32,000 bases of DNA from positions 3,060,001 through 3,092,000 of the forward strand of contig NZ_LT934425.1 in NCBI RefSeq assembly GCF_900232105.1, read 5' to 3'. The stretch comes from Candidatus Kuenenia stuttgartensis. GTDB taxonomy: Bacteria > Planctomycetota > Brocadiia > Brocadiales > Brocadiaceae. Positions 19,014 through 26,801 of the stretch are shown here, piece after piece. Each line of letters begins with the position of its first letter. Position 1 is the first letter of the stretch. Below the pieces are notes generated by a model. The model made no database searches. It had not been told where the DNA came from and saw nothing but the letters and a program-made list of their open reading frames with translations. Both the position numbers and the translations under genes were made by a program.

Positions 19014-20408
19014 TCATTTCTTGATTGTCCGTAAATGCTTCCATCCAGTCAAGTGAGCCTGTATCTTAGGTTCTAAAAGTTCCTTGACTTTTTCATCGGA
19101 AAATCCAATGATTCCCAATAAGTACAACTCAAATATCATTGTCAATACATAAATAATGGAAGGCAACTCTTCTTTTTGGAAAGTCAATTTCCGTTCGTTG
19201 TGATGCACAAATTCATTTCTCGTGTTAGTAACTCTTTTAGCAAAAAGTTCCATATCATCAACAAATCGTCCAGAGGTCTCTTTTTTATTATCAAGAAGTT
19301 CAAAGATTTTTTGTCGAAATCTTTTGTAGTTCGCGTTACTCAATGCGCCTTCCACCCATTCAGTTAATTCAGCAGGAACAGCGCTCAGCACTCTCTCCTT
19401 TTGCTCAACAAATTTATCGTGCGATAAATATTGACCATCAAACAAAATACTGTGCAAAGACTCTAGCGACTGAGCGATATTTAGAAATTTTGTATCAATA
19501 AACAATCGGTTGCTATAGAATAACGAGCGATATAAATGAATTATCGTTTCGTATTTATCAAAGGATGTAAACCATGCAGAGATTTGGTCTCCTGATAAAT
19601 CCTTGAAGGTATATAAAAATTCCTGCGGCAATTTTTGTTTTCTGCTTACAATCGGCTCTATAGGCGTATAGAAGATATTTATTTCTGGATAATGTATCTT
19701 GCCTTCGCCGAGTTCTTGTGGGTTCTCCTTTGAAAAGCCAAACACAGACATAGGATAAGGTATCCTTTGGATTGCAAATTGAAGTAAATACGCGAATATA
19801 TTTAATTGTTTGAATAAATCATCAAATTGAATATCGCCATTTTTGCTTTTTACGACAAGATACGCGCTCTGAGAAATTGTCACTTCAGTTTGTATTATAG
19901 TGTGGTTTGGACCACGACTCGAAAAACCTATGCCAACCTCGAAAGTTTCTCCAACATCGAAAAATTGCGACATAGGTTTTTCATATCTTATTTTTGAGAC
20001 AAATTTGCTGTCAGCAGTATCCACTTCAATTGCAAATCCATAAATATCTACCCAAGCGTCTAAATCTGTGTAACTACCACATAATTGATTAAATCTAATT
20101 TTTTCTTCTGCCTCAAAATGCACCCCTTCAAAAACAAAGTGCACCAAGTATTTACCTCCGCCTAATCCAACCAGCGGATAAGCCCAAGAACTGATAATGC
20201 ACTTGTATAAAGTAATAGATTTTCCCTGTTGAGTAACCCCAAGAATAATAGGCAATTGTTGTATTGGTTCTAGTTTTTTTGAATCAAACACTCCTACCAG
20301 TTCAAGATCGGCACCATCTTCTTGAGAATAAGTTAGTGTTCCAGGCAATTTATTCTCTTCTGAGTCGGGGAGCCACCAGTATCCTTTCAATTCAAATGGA
20401 CTTTGCAT
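19014..20408 (-). CDS. apeA: ApeA-like anti-phage HEPN-domain protein
   Basis: N-terminus FELKGYWWLPDSEENKLPGTLTYSQEDGADLELVG resembles the ApeA N-terminal domain; C-terminal helical region with HEPN R-x4-H motif RNEFVH. Confidence 0.8.
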   Translation of the reverse strand: MQSPFELKGYWWLPDSEENKLPGTLTYSQEDGADLELVGVFDSKKLEPIQQLPIILGVTQQGKSITLYKCIISSWAYPLVGLGGGKYLVHFVFEGVHFEAEEKIRFNQLCGSYTDLDAWVDIYGFAIEVDTADSKFVSKIRYEKPMSQFFDVGETFEVGIGFSSRGPNHTIIQTEVTISQSAYLVVKSKNGDIQFDDLFKQLNIFAYLLQFAIQRIPYPMSVFGFSKENPQELGEGKIHYPEINIFYTPIEPIVSRKQKLPQEFLYTFKDLSGDQISAWFTSFDKYETIIHLYRSLFYSNRLFIDTKFLNIAQSLESLHSILFDGQYLSHDKFVEQKERVLSAVPAELTEWVEGALSNANYKRFRQKIFELLDNKKETSGRFVDDMELFAKRVTNTRNEFVHHNERKLTFQKEELPSIIYVLTMIFELYLLGIIGFSDEKVKELLEPKIQAHLTGWKHLRTIKK

Positions 20409-20506
20409 TATTTCTCCGCTTACTATGAATCAAACTTTATCTGCAATGATTTTACTTGTTGATCTAAAAAATGAGATTATTGTGCAAGAAGGGGGTCGAA
20501 CAATGA

Positions 20507-20657
20507 TTATACAATCTGTATAAAACGGCAAATACAGACTGTTTCAGTATATATAAGAAGTTGCCGTATCTTCTTATAACGCATTGTAACTTATTTCTTA
20601 TAAAGCTTTTGTGTATTTTTTTGCTTTTGTTCATTCCGGTTTATACAGTCTGTATAA
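20507..20657 (-). repeat. 151-bp post-integrase/putative attI region, copy B, bounded by inverted repeats TTATACARNCTGTATAAAMCGG
   Basis: TTATACAATCTGTATAAAACGG at the left; reverse complement of the right end TTATACAGACTGTATAAACCGG; same-length copy at 24718-24868. Confidence 0.75.
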
Positions 20658-20663
20658 ACCAAC

Positions 20664-20735
20664 CTACAACCTATCGACTGGACTTCGGACACCGTGACCA
20701 CCTTTGTTCAAGACATGGGTGTAGATCATCGTCAT
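20664..20735 (-). pseudogene. Relic 3' end of an integron integrase gene, copy B
   Basis: Hand translation MTMIYTHVLNKGGHGVRSPVDRL*. Confidence 0.82.
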
Positions 20736-20859
20736 ACTCAGATATGATAGCAAGATAATAGAAAATTGTTTTTCCCATAAAATCGAGCACTAATAAAACA
20801 AAAATGAAGAAAATTTCAAGCTTTTTAATTTTTTCAGCAAAATAGACAAACAAAAAGAA

Positions 20860-20916
20860 GGGGATACTTCCCTTATTTTCTCACCAAATCAAGCAAGAAA
20901 TATGGGAGGTGTCCCC
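20860..20916. repeat. REP-like palindromic repeat copy 1
   Basis: GGGGATACTTCCCTTATTTTCTCACCAAATCAAGCAAGAAATATGGGAGGTGTCCCC; second copy at 22744-22799. Confidence 0.7.
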
Positions 20917-20964
20917 GATTCACCAAAAACATTCAAATACCCGTATTTCAGCTTTAATAAGCAT

Positions 20965-21026
20965 TACCAACGGTAGCTAACTGCGCTGGGATTTACTGGA
21001 GATGTACACGGTGCACGCGGTTGGAA
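20965..21026 (-). other. Candidate degenerate attC-like site 3
   Basis: Minus strand TTCCAACCGCGTGCACCG...CCCAGCGCAGTTAGCTACCGTTGGTA; shares GCGTGCACC and CCCAGCGCAG with attC-like site 2. Confidence 0.5.
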
Positions 21027-21122
21027 TCCTTCCCAGAAACACAATTGATAGAATAATTGATAAGGGATACCGCAGTAATCTGCCGGCATTTCCGTAACAA
21101 TGAGAGCCAGAGTGTTAAACCC

Positions 21123-21578
21123 TCATGCGTTTAACATTTCTTTTATATTATTTTCCACAACTGGACTTGCAATAACAGCCTCACGAAGTTTTTCAACAAT
21201 TCCAATAGGCATTTCCGTCTTACATGCTAATTGTTTGCTTTTTAGAAGAGAAACTATTTCTTCAATGGTCTTTTTAATTACCGAGTTACAATCCACGACT
21301 GATTCTTTAGTAAAAATCGCATATTCGGCGTTGTCTATTTTTACCAAAGTATTAGGCATATGACGTCTACGCTTTATAGCTTTTTCGACTTGTGAGGTTG
21401 AATTAACCATGATTAGGAATTTGTCCTTTAGCGGGGCCTTATTCACAACTATAAAATAGTGTGGTTCCGGATTACAAAAGCTTTTTTCTGTAAAGTAGTA
21501 AACAGAACCGGGTTGTATTGTAGACTTGATTTGTATATCGGGCGGAATATCAATCAGGAACTTGCTCCCATTGATTTT
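21123..21578 (-). CDS. Probable toxin-like partner of the Panacea protein; start codon unresolved
   Basis: The ORF track starts at GTG 21446, but the frame is open to 21578 and reads KINGSKFLIDIPPDIQIKSTIQPGSVYYFTEKSFCNPEPHYFIVVNKAPLKDKFLIMVNSTSQVEKA..., which looks like real protein upstream of the GTG. Confidence 0.6.
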   Translation of the reverse strand, partial: KINGSKFLIDIPPDIQIKSTIQPGSVYYFTEKSFCNPEPHYFIVVNKAPLKDKFLIMVNSTSQVEKAIKRRRHMPNTLVKIDNAEYAIFTKESVVDCNSVIKKTIEEIVSLLKSKQLACKTEMPIGIVEKLREAVIASPVVENNIKEMLNA

Positions 21579-22191
21579 TCAGTTCCATTTGTTCTTTTAC
21601 ATAATTCAGCATTTCTTCTTTATCATCAGTATCCATAGCAAATAAGTCCTTACCTTCTAATGGGATTAACTGCTCGCTTCCGGACATGGCATCTTTAAAG
21701 AAATCTTCGTAATCCATGTTAAATACAGAACCAATACCTGACTCCAACCTCTTTTCAAACCTCTTCCATTCCGGATATGCGTGGGAAACTTCTGCAAGCT
21801 GAAATTTGTCAAGATGTCCGAAATATTTTATTGCAAACTCCAGCGCTTCAATATCAGAATCTGAGAAAACATTCATATCTACATCATGTATAGACTGAAT
21901 ATCATAAATACCTTGTTTTTCGATATATTGTCTATTATATTCACTCTCAATGGTGTCCAGAAAAGAGGTATTTTCAGCAATATCTTTCGTTTTAGAACCT
22001 ACCGGACCGTATTCCATTGCAACATATTCATCGTTGGTTACCGGTCGACCATATTTGCGCAAGTGGTACCTATCGGCAAAATAAATAAGCTTTATGGCCT
22101 TCATCTTATTTACCTTTCCGCCGGATATTTTTGCAAGGTAGTTCAGGGCTTGAGTAGCTTTTTTGAAATCAAAATTGAAATGGATACACAT
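21550..22191 (-). CDS. Panacea-domain (SocA-like, DUF4065) antitoxin
   Basis: ALNYLAKISGGKVNKMKAIKLIYFADRYHLRKYGRPVTNDEYVAMEYGPVGSKTKDI. Confidence 0.88.
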   Translation of the reverse strand: MCIHFNFDFKKATQALNYLAKISGGKVNKMKAIKLIYFADRYHLRKYGRPVTNDEYVAMEYGPVGSKTKDIAENTSFLDTIESEYNRQYIEKQGIYDIQSIHDVDMNVFSDSDIEALEFAIKYFGHLDKFQLAEVSHAYPEWKRFEKRLESGIGSVFNMDYEDFFKDAMSGSEQLIPLEGKDLFAMDTDDKEEMLNYVKEQMELKNQWEQVPD

Positions 22192-22280
22192 ATATCAAAT
22201 CATGTTCTCGTGTAAATGGTGATAGGATAGAATTATAATGAAAATTCAGGATTTGTTTTGATTTATTATAGGTCATTTTT

Positions 22281-22694
22281 GGTAACTATTCAGCGTAAAC
22301 GATACACGGCTCGTTCCCAAACTCCAGTTTGGGAATGCATTTGTTCGAGAAACTCCGGTTTCTCGCCTATTTATTGATAGATAGGGAATAAAATCACAGG
22401 GTTAAGACAGTTTGTAATTTGTCAAGTCAGACCCTCACTGGAAACAAAGTTTCCAGTGCAATTACGTTCCCAAACTGGACAGACTGGGTCAAATGAACTT
22501 TGTTTTCTCAAAAGTGGGGATAACACCTCACATCTTGCCTGTTTTATACCCTATTTATTACTATTTTTCCATTAAAGTGGGGAATGCATATCGAGAAATA
22601 GGGTAAAATTGCCCATTTGACCCAGTCTGTGGAGTTTGGGAACGAGTTGCGCTCTTATCTCCGGTAGTTTAATAAATTACGCTGAATAGTTACC
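22281..22694. repeat. Nested inverted-repeat element (about 414 bp)
   Basis: Outer arms GGTAACTATTCAGCGTAA / TTACGCTGAATAGTTACC; inner arms CGTTCCCAAACTGGACAGACTGGGTCAAATG / CATTTGACCCAGTCTGTGGAGTTTGGGAACG; several smaller palindromes. Confidence 0.75.
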
Positions 22695-22743
22695 ATTTTT
22701 GAGATTTATCAATAATCTTGTTTTGGATAAAGAGGGATAAAGA

Positions 22744-22799
22744 GGGGACACTTCCCTTATTTTTTCACCAAATCAAGCAAGAAATATGGGAGGTGTTCC
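22744..22799. repeat. REP-like palindromic repeat copy 2
   Basis: GGGGACACTTCCCTTATTTTTTCACCAAATCAAGCAAGAAATATGGGAGGTGTTCC. Confidence 0.7.
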
Positions 22800-22963
22800 T
22801 ATAATTTCATTTCAAGATTTAATGCCCCATGAGGGGATTTTCCCTTGTAGCCTAAAATCACTCCAACTTGACTTGTCAATTCTTCATTTAACAAAATTCC
22901 AGTCCATTGTGTTTTTGTTAAGTCAGTCGCCATTATTCTCTTTTTTATTTGTTTGTCTACCGT

Positions 22964-23093
22964 ACATAACACGAGGCTGAGTTGCGGCGGGCCTAAGGAA
23001 GCACTGCACCAGCTAATTTAAAATAAGATCTGAGAGGGCACCAAACCCAGCCAACAAGCCGGAACCCGCGGTCAACTCCAGCCGATGTTATGT
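22964..23093 (-). other. attC-like integron recombination site 4 (130 bp)
   Basis: Minus strand ACATAACATCGGCTGGAGTTGACCGCGGG...GGCCCGCCGCAACTCAGCCTCGTGTTATGT; arms complementary with extra bases; ends ACATAAC and GTTATGT. Confidence 0.82.
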
Positions 23094-23160
23094 GGTCGGA
23101 ACTGACCTCGCTTCTTGTGTCTCAATTTCAGAGTAAATATCTTACTATAATTACTATATC

Positions 23161-23493
23161 TTACAAAAATTCAAGATGATTTTTCATCTCATCTGATTCG
23201 AGTACTTGATAAATTAGCATGAGTCCTCTTACAATGTCGCCAATTGGAGTACGTTGGTGAGCATACACGATACCGCTGTGTTTAACACCTCTTGAATGTA
23301 GCTTCAGAAAATCCTCATCTTGCGTAAATATGACTCTTCTTTCTTTCATGGCAAAAGCTATATGTTCCTTATCATCTGCGCCCAACATCCCAGCTTCTTT
23401 TGTCGTCAAAGCATCCACGCCTCGAAGTCGCAATCCTTTCACAACAGAATTGGATACATGTTCGTCTGTATAAAACTTAAGCTTTTTACTCAT
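23161..23493 (-). CDS. DUF5615 PIN-like toxin
   Basis: KFYTDEHVSNSVVKGLRLRGVDALTTKEAGMLGADDKEHIAFAMKERRVIFTQDEDF. Confidence 0.88.
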   Translation of the reverse strand: MSKKLKFYTDEHVSNSVVKGLRLRGVDALTTKEAGMLGADDKEHIAFAMKERRVIFTQDEDFLKLHSRGVKHSGIVYAHQRTPIGDIVRGLMLIYQVLESDEMKNHLEFL

Positions 23494-23788
23494 TTAATTT
23501 TTGCAATACTTTTGAAGGCGTTTTTTGACGTAATGCTTCCACAAAAGATTCACTCTCCTCAATCGATTTGTCAATTTCAGCGCGATGATCGTAGTAATAG
23601 GCCAAAGCAGCGTAAACATCGGCTAAAGTCAGATCATATTCAGCAGCAATTTCGTCTGCGCTACGTCCCAACAGTTCGTGCCAAAGAACAATATTTTGAA
23701 CGGTGATACGATGTCCAGCTATTCTCGGCTTACCACCGGTGATACCTTCGGTAATCTCGATGTGTCCATCTAAAGTTTTCGTAATCAT
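23486..23788 (-). CDS. DUF433 antitoxin
   Basis: GGKPRIAGHRITVQNIVLWHELLGRSADEIAAEYDLTLADVYAALAYYYDHRAEID. Confidence 0.9.
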   Translation of the reverse strand: MITKTLDGHIEITEGITGGKPRIAGHRITVQNIVLWHELLGRSADEIAAEYDLTLADVYAALAYYYDHRAEIDKSIEESESFVEALRQKTPSKVLQKLNE

Positions 23789-23918
23789 TTACTCCACCTC
23801 TCAATTAAAAATCCAAGAATCAGCACACAGAAAAATTTAACTACTTTAGTAAAGAATGGCAAGAAAATGTTCGGCTGACTACTATTTTATTTAGATGATC
23901 GCTGAATACCTGCCACAT

Positions 23919-23953
23919 AACAATGATTATACAGTCTGTATAAAACGGCAAAA
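23919..23953 (-). other. Putative attI copy C
   Basis: Minus strand TTATACAGACTGTATAATCATTGTTATGT; next cassette begins TTATGT, matching its attC end ACATAAC. Confidence 0.6.
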
Positions 23954-24092
23954 ACAGACTGTTTCGATATGTATAAGAAGTTGCCGTGCCTTCTTGTCAC
24001 ATATTGTAACTACTTTTCGCATTAAAATAAAAGAGTTGCGTATCATCATAAAAACTTTTCATTATTGAAATGATAAAGAACAGTTCGTAATT

Positions 24093-24182
24093 TTAGACAC
24101 CGTAACCTCCTTTGCTCAAAACATGGGTGTAGATCGTCGTTTTTACACCGTGATGGCTAAGGAGTTCCCATACGGTTTGAAT
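24093..24182 (-). pseudogene. Relic 3' end of an integron integrase gene, copy C
   Basis: Hand translation IQTVWELLSHHGVKTTIYTHVLSKGGYGV*. Confidence 0.8.
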
Positions 24183-24190
24183 ATTTGATT

Positions 24191-24406
24191 TTAAGCAAAT
24201 ATCAATCTTTCTCCCTTAGGCTCAGGTATGGGATCGCCAAACTCCTTAGCGGTATCAATCCATAATTGAATTGACTCTTTAGCATTTTTTAATGCTTTTT
24301 CAGGAGTTTCTCCATGAGCTATACAGCCAGGAAGTTCGGGCACTTCTGCTATAAACGCATTGTCTTCATTACTCCGGTAAATAATAATTTCGTATCTATA
24401 CATCAA
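24191..24406 (-). CDS. hicB: HicB-family antitoxin (module 2, near-identical copy of module 1)
   Basis: 71 aa, 3 substitutions relative to 17527-17742. Confidence 0.92.
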   Translation of the reverse strand: MMYRYEIIIYRSNEDNAFIAEVPELPGCIAHGETPEKALKNAKESIQLWIDTAKEFGDPIPEPKGERLIFA

Positions 24407-24637
24407 ATAGTCCCTCCGAGTTTATATTTTACTATAAAGTTTCTTACCTGTTTAACCTGATAAGGCTTTGCCTTATTACCCTCACGCTGAAGATTAATTT
24501 TTTCTATAACAGCTTTCTTTCTGAACATGTGATGGCTGCTTTTAACCCTCATGTCGAAAACCGAAATGTTTCAGCAGGCTGCATAAATCTTCAAATTGAA
24601 TATTTGCATCCGATGTTCCACAAAGAATCTTAAGCAA
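24403..24637 (-). pseudogene. hicA: hicA toxin disrupted by a 1-nt insertion (module 2)
   Basis: Copy 1 GGTTTTGACATGAGG (GFDMR); copy 2 GGTTTTCGACATGAGG, giving MLKILCGTSDANIQFEDLCSLLKHFGFRHEG*. Confidence 0.85.
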
Positions 24638-24717
24638 GAGCTTTTCGTGTTTACCCATTGATTCATTTTACCATTGATGTGGTGGTTATTTTATTATTTT
24701 TATATGCCGAACAATGA

Positions 24718-24868
24718 TTATACAGTCTGTATAAAACGGCAAATACAGACTGTTTCAGTATATATAAGAAGTTGCCGTATCTTCTTATAACGCATTGTAA
24801 CTTATTTCTTATAAAGCTTTTGTGTATTTTTTTGCTTTTGTTCATTCCGGTTTATACAGTCTGTATAA
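24718..24868 (-). repeat. 151-bp post-integrase/putative attI region, copy D
   Basis: Same length and ends as 20507-20657; continues as ATCATTGTTCGGCATATAAAAATAATAA into hicAB module 2. Confidence 0.75.
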
Positions 24869-24874
24869 ACCAAC

Positions 24875-24946
24875 CTACAACCTATCGACTGGACTTTGGA
24901 CACCGTGACCACTTTTGTTCAAGACATGCGTGTAGATCATCGTCAT
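24875..24946 (-). pseudogene. Relic 3' end of an integron integrase gene, copy D
   Basis: MTMIYTHVLNKSGHGVQSPVDRL* at the end of the 24875-25108 ORF. Confidence 0.82.
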
Positions 24947-25789
24947 ACTTAAGAAGATGTTGATAGCTTTTCCATATTGAATATTGAAGGTTTGGCCGTA
25001 TGTTGAACTATCGGAGTGAACGGACAATTCCCCGGACGTGACTTTAACCCCTAAGAGTAAGAAAATGTAACTGCATACTAACGCCTTGCTTATTTCCAGA
25101 CTATTCAAGTGATGAGGAAGGATGATTACGTATGGGTCCGCAGAATTGGACTACCCGCTTCTTCGAGGAGTTTGTTGATTTTAATGCGAGACGTTGCTTC
25201 TTTCTGCGCCATATTCAAAATTTATTTCAATAAAGCAGTTTTTCAAATACAAACTGACACATAACTATCTAATGAATTACCCCTTGATTTGAAAGGTATA
25301 TAAAGGAATGCATTTGCCATAAGCTCAAATAAATACTGCATTTGATGTGCAATATCAAGGAAATTTTTAGGGAATGGGGATGATGGTAGGGAAAACCTCT
25401 TTTATCGTGATGAAGTGTTTTCTGAAATGAATTTTTCCAGGAACCGCAAACGCTCTTTCTTGGGATGTGGTTTGTTCAGATATCGCCATCCGTGCAATTT
25501 TGCATTTTACCAGACTGCGGAGATTGGGGACGACCTGTATTCTTGGTGGATCGTTGCAAAAAAACCGCACCTTGATCCGCCCTTACACGTTTGAAACACC
25601 AGGTGAAACAATATAGTATTTGCAAGCATTGTATATTAACCCTGTCAGGGTTTTTTCATAAAATTAAAGTGTCACAAAAACTTTTGATTGAGTTTTACTT
25701 ACGCTTTTGTTTAAACTTGACACGAAAGCCTCTTTTGTTATAATCACCCGCTTCTTTTTATTTAATTAAAACATCCCTTTTTTTATTAT

Positions 25790-26695
25790 ATGAATGATCA
25801 AATATCCATGGAAACTGCTATTCAAAAAGCCGGTATACTTTTAGAGGCGCTCCCATATATTAAAAGATTCAAAGACAAGATTGTCATTATCAAATTTGGC
25901 GGAAGCGCTATGTCAGACGACAAGGTTCTCACAAACGTACTGCAGGACACGGTATTTATGAAAACGGTCGGCATGATGCCAATACTGGTGCATGGCGGGG
26001 GGCCGCATATTAGCAGGGAAATGGAAAGAAGAGGCTTACGTCCGAAATTCGTAGATGGACATCGCATCACCGACCGCGAGACCCTTGAAATTGCAAAAAC
26101 CGTACTTGTTGACCAGATAGGGGCTTCTATGGTTAAAAAAATCTCTGAAATGGGCAACGACGCTGTATGTGTATGGGAAGACGGATATTGCCCGATTACT
26201 GCTGAAAAACATTATATAGAAGTGAAGGAAGATGACGGCACCACAAATCAGCTTGATATTGGTTATGTTGGCAAGGTGACCTCTATCATCAGAGAAAGAT
26301 TTTTAAGCTTATGCAGTGAATGTACAATACCTATTGTGCCGCCTCTGGCAAAAGGAAACGACGGGGAAATATATAACATTAACGCAGATAGCGTTGCGGC
26401 ATTTCTCGCGAAGGCACTTGGGGCGGAAAAACTCGTGTTTTTATCGAATACTCACGGTATCATGACAAGGCCAAACGACGAAACTTCTTTTGTTTCCACC
26501 CTGCATGAGGACGAGGCACATTCGCTTATTGATAAAAAAATTATCAACGGAGGAATGCTTCCCAAGGTATTCGCCTGTATTGCTGCCGTAAAAGCAGGTG
26601 TTAAAAAGGCGCATATCATTAACGGGCAAATACCCCATGCACTTTTGCTGGAGATTTTTACCGATAAAGGGGTGGGAACTCAGATTATTGTTTAA
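25790..26695 (+). CDS. argB: Acetylglutamate kinase
   Basis: IIKFGGSAMSD, LVHGGGPHISREMERRG, KVGYVGKVT-type segment and C-terminal HIINGQIPHALLLEIFTDKGVGTQI. Confidence 0.95.
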   Translation: MNDQISMETAIQKAGILLEALPYIKRFKDKIVIIKFGGSAMSDDKVLTNVLQDTVFMKTVGMMPILVHGGGPHISREMERRGLRPKFVDGHRITDRETLEIAKTVLVDQIGASMVKKISEMGNDAVCVWEDGYCPITAEKHYIEVKEDDGTTNQLDIGYVGKVTSIIRERFLSLCSECTIPIVPPLAKGNDGEIYNINADSVAAFLAKALGAEKLVFLSNTHGIMTRPNDETSFVSTLHEDEAHSLIDKKIINGGMLPKVFACIAAVKAGVKKAHIINGQIPHALLLEIFTDKGVGTQIIV

Positions 26696-26801
26696 CCACC
26701 GGTATTGCAGTTTTGTAACAACTTGTTTTTTTGAAAAAGCGAAACAGTTGCGTAGTTTTTTTATTTCCCATTTATCTGTCTTTTTGAAATAATTCACCGT
26801 A

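Noticed and set aside
18235-19044. Short ORFs in the intron/attC region (18235-18453, 18603-18794, 18853-19044)
   Set aside because: They overlap structured non-coding sequence and show no protein-like conservation that I can recognise.
14700-25000. CRISPR array or Cas system
   Set aside because: Repeats are few, long and irregularly spaced and no Cas-like ORFs were found.
24875-25108. The 77-aa ORF as an intact protein
   Set aside because: Only the last 23 residues match an integrase; the rest looks like chance read-in, so only the relic is listed.
24970-25780. Possible genes between the array and argB (e.g. 25367-25570)
   Set aside because: Short frames without recognisable motifs; treated as non-coding or decayed DNA.
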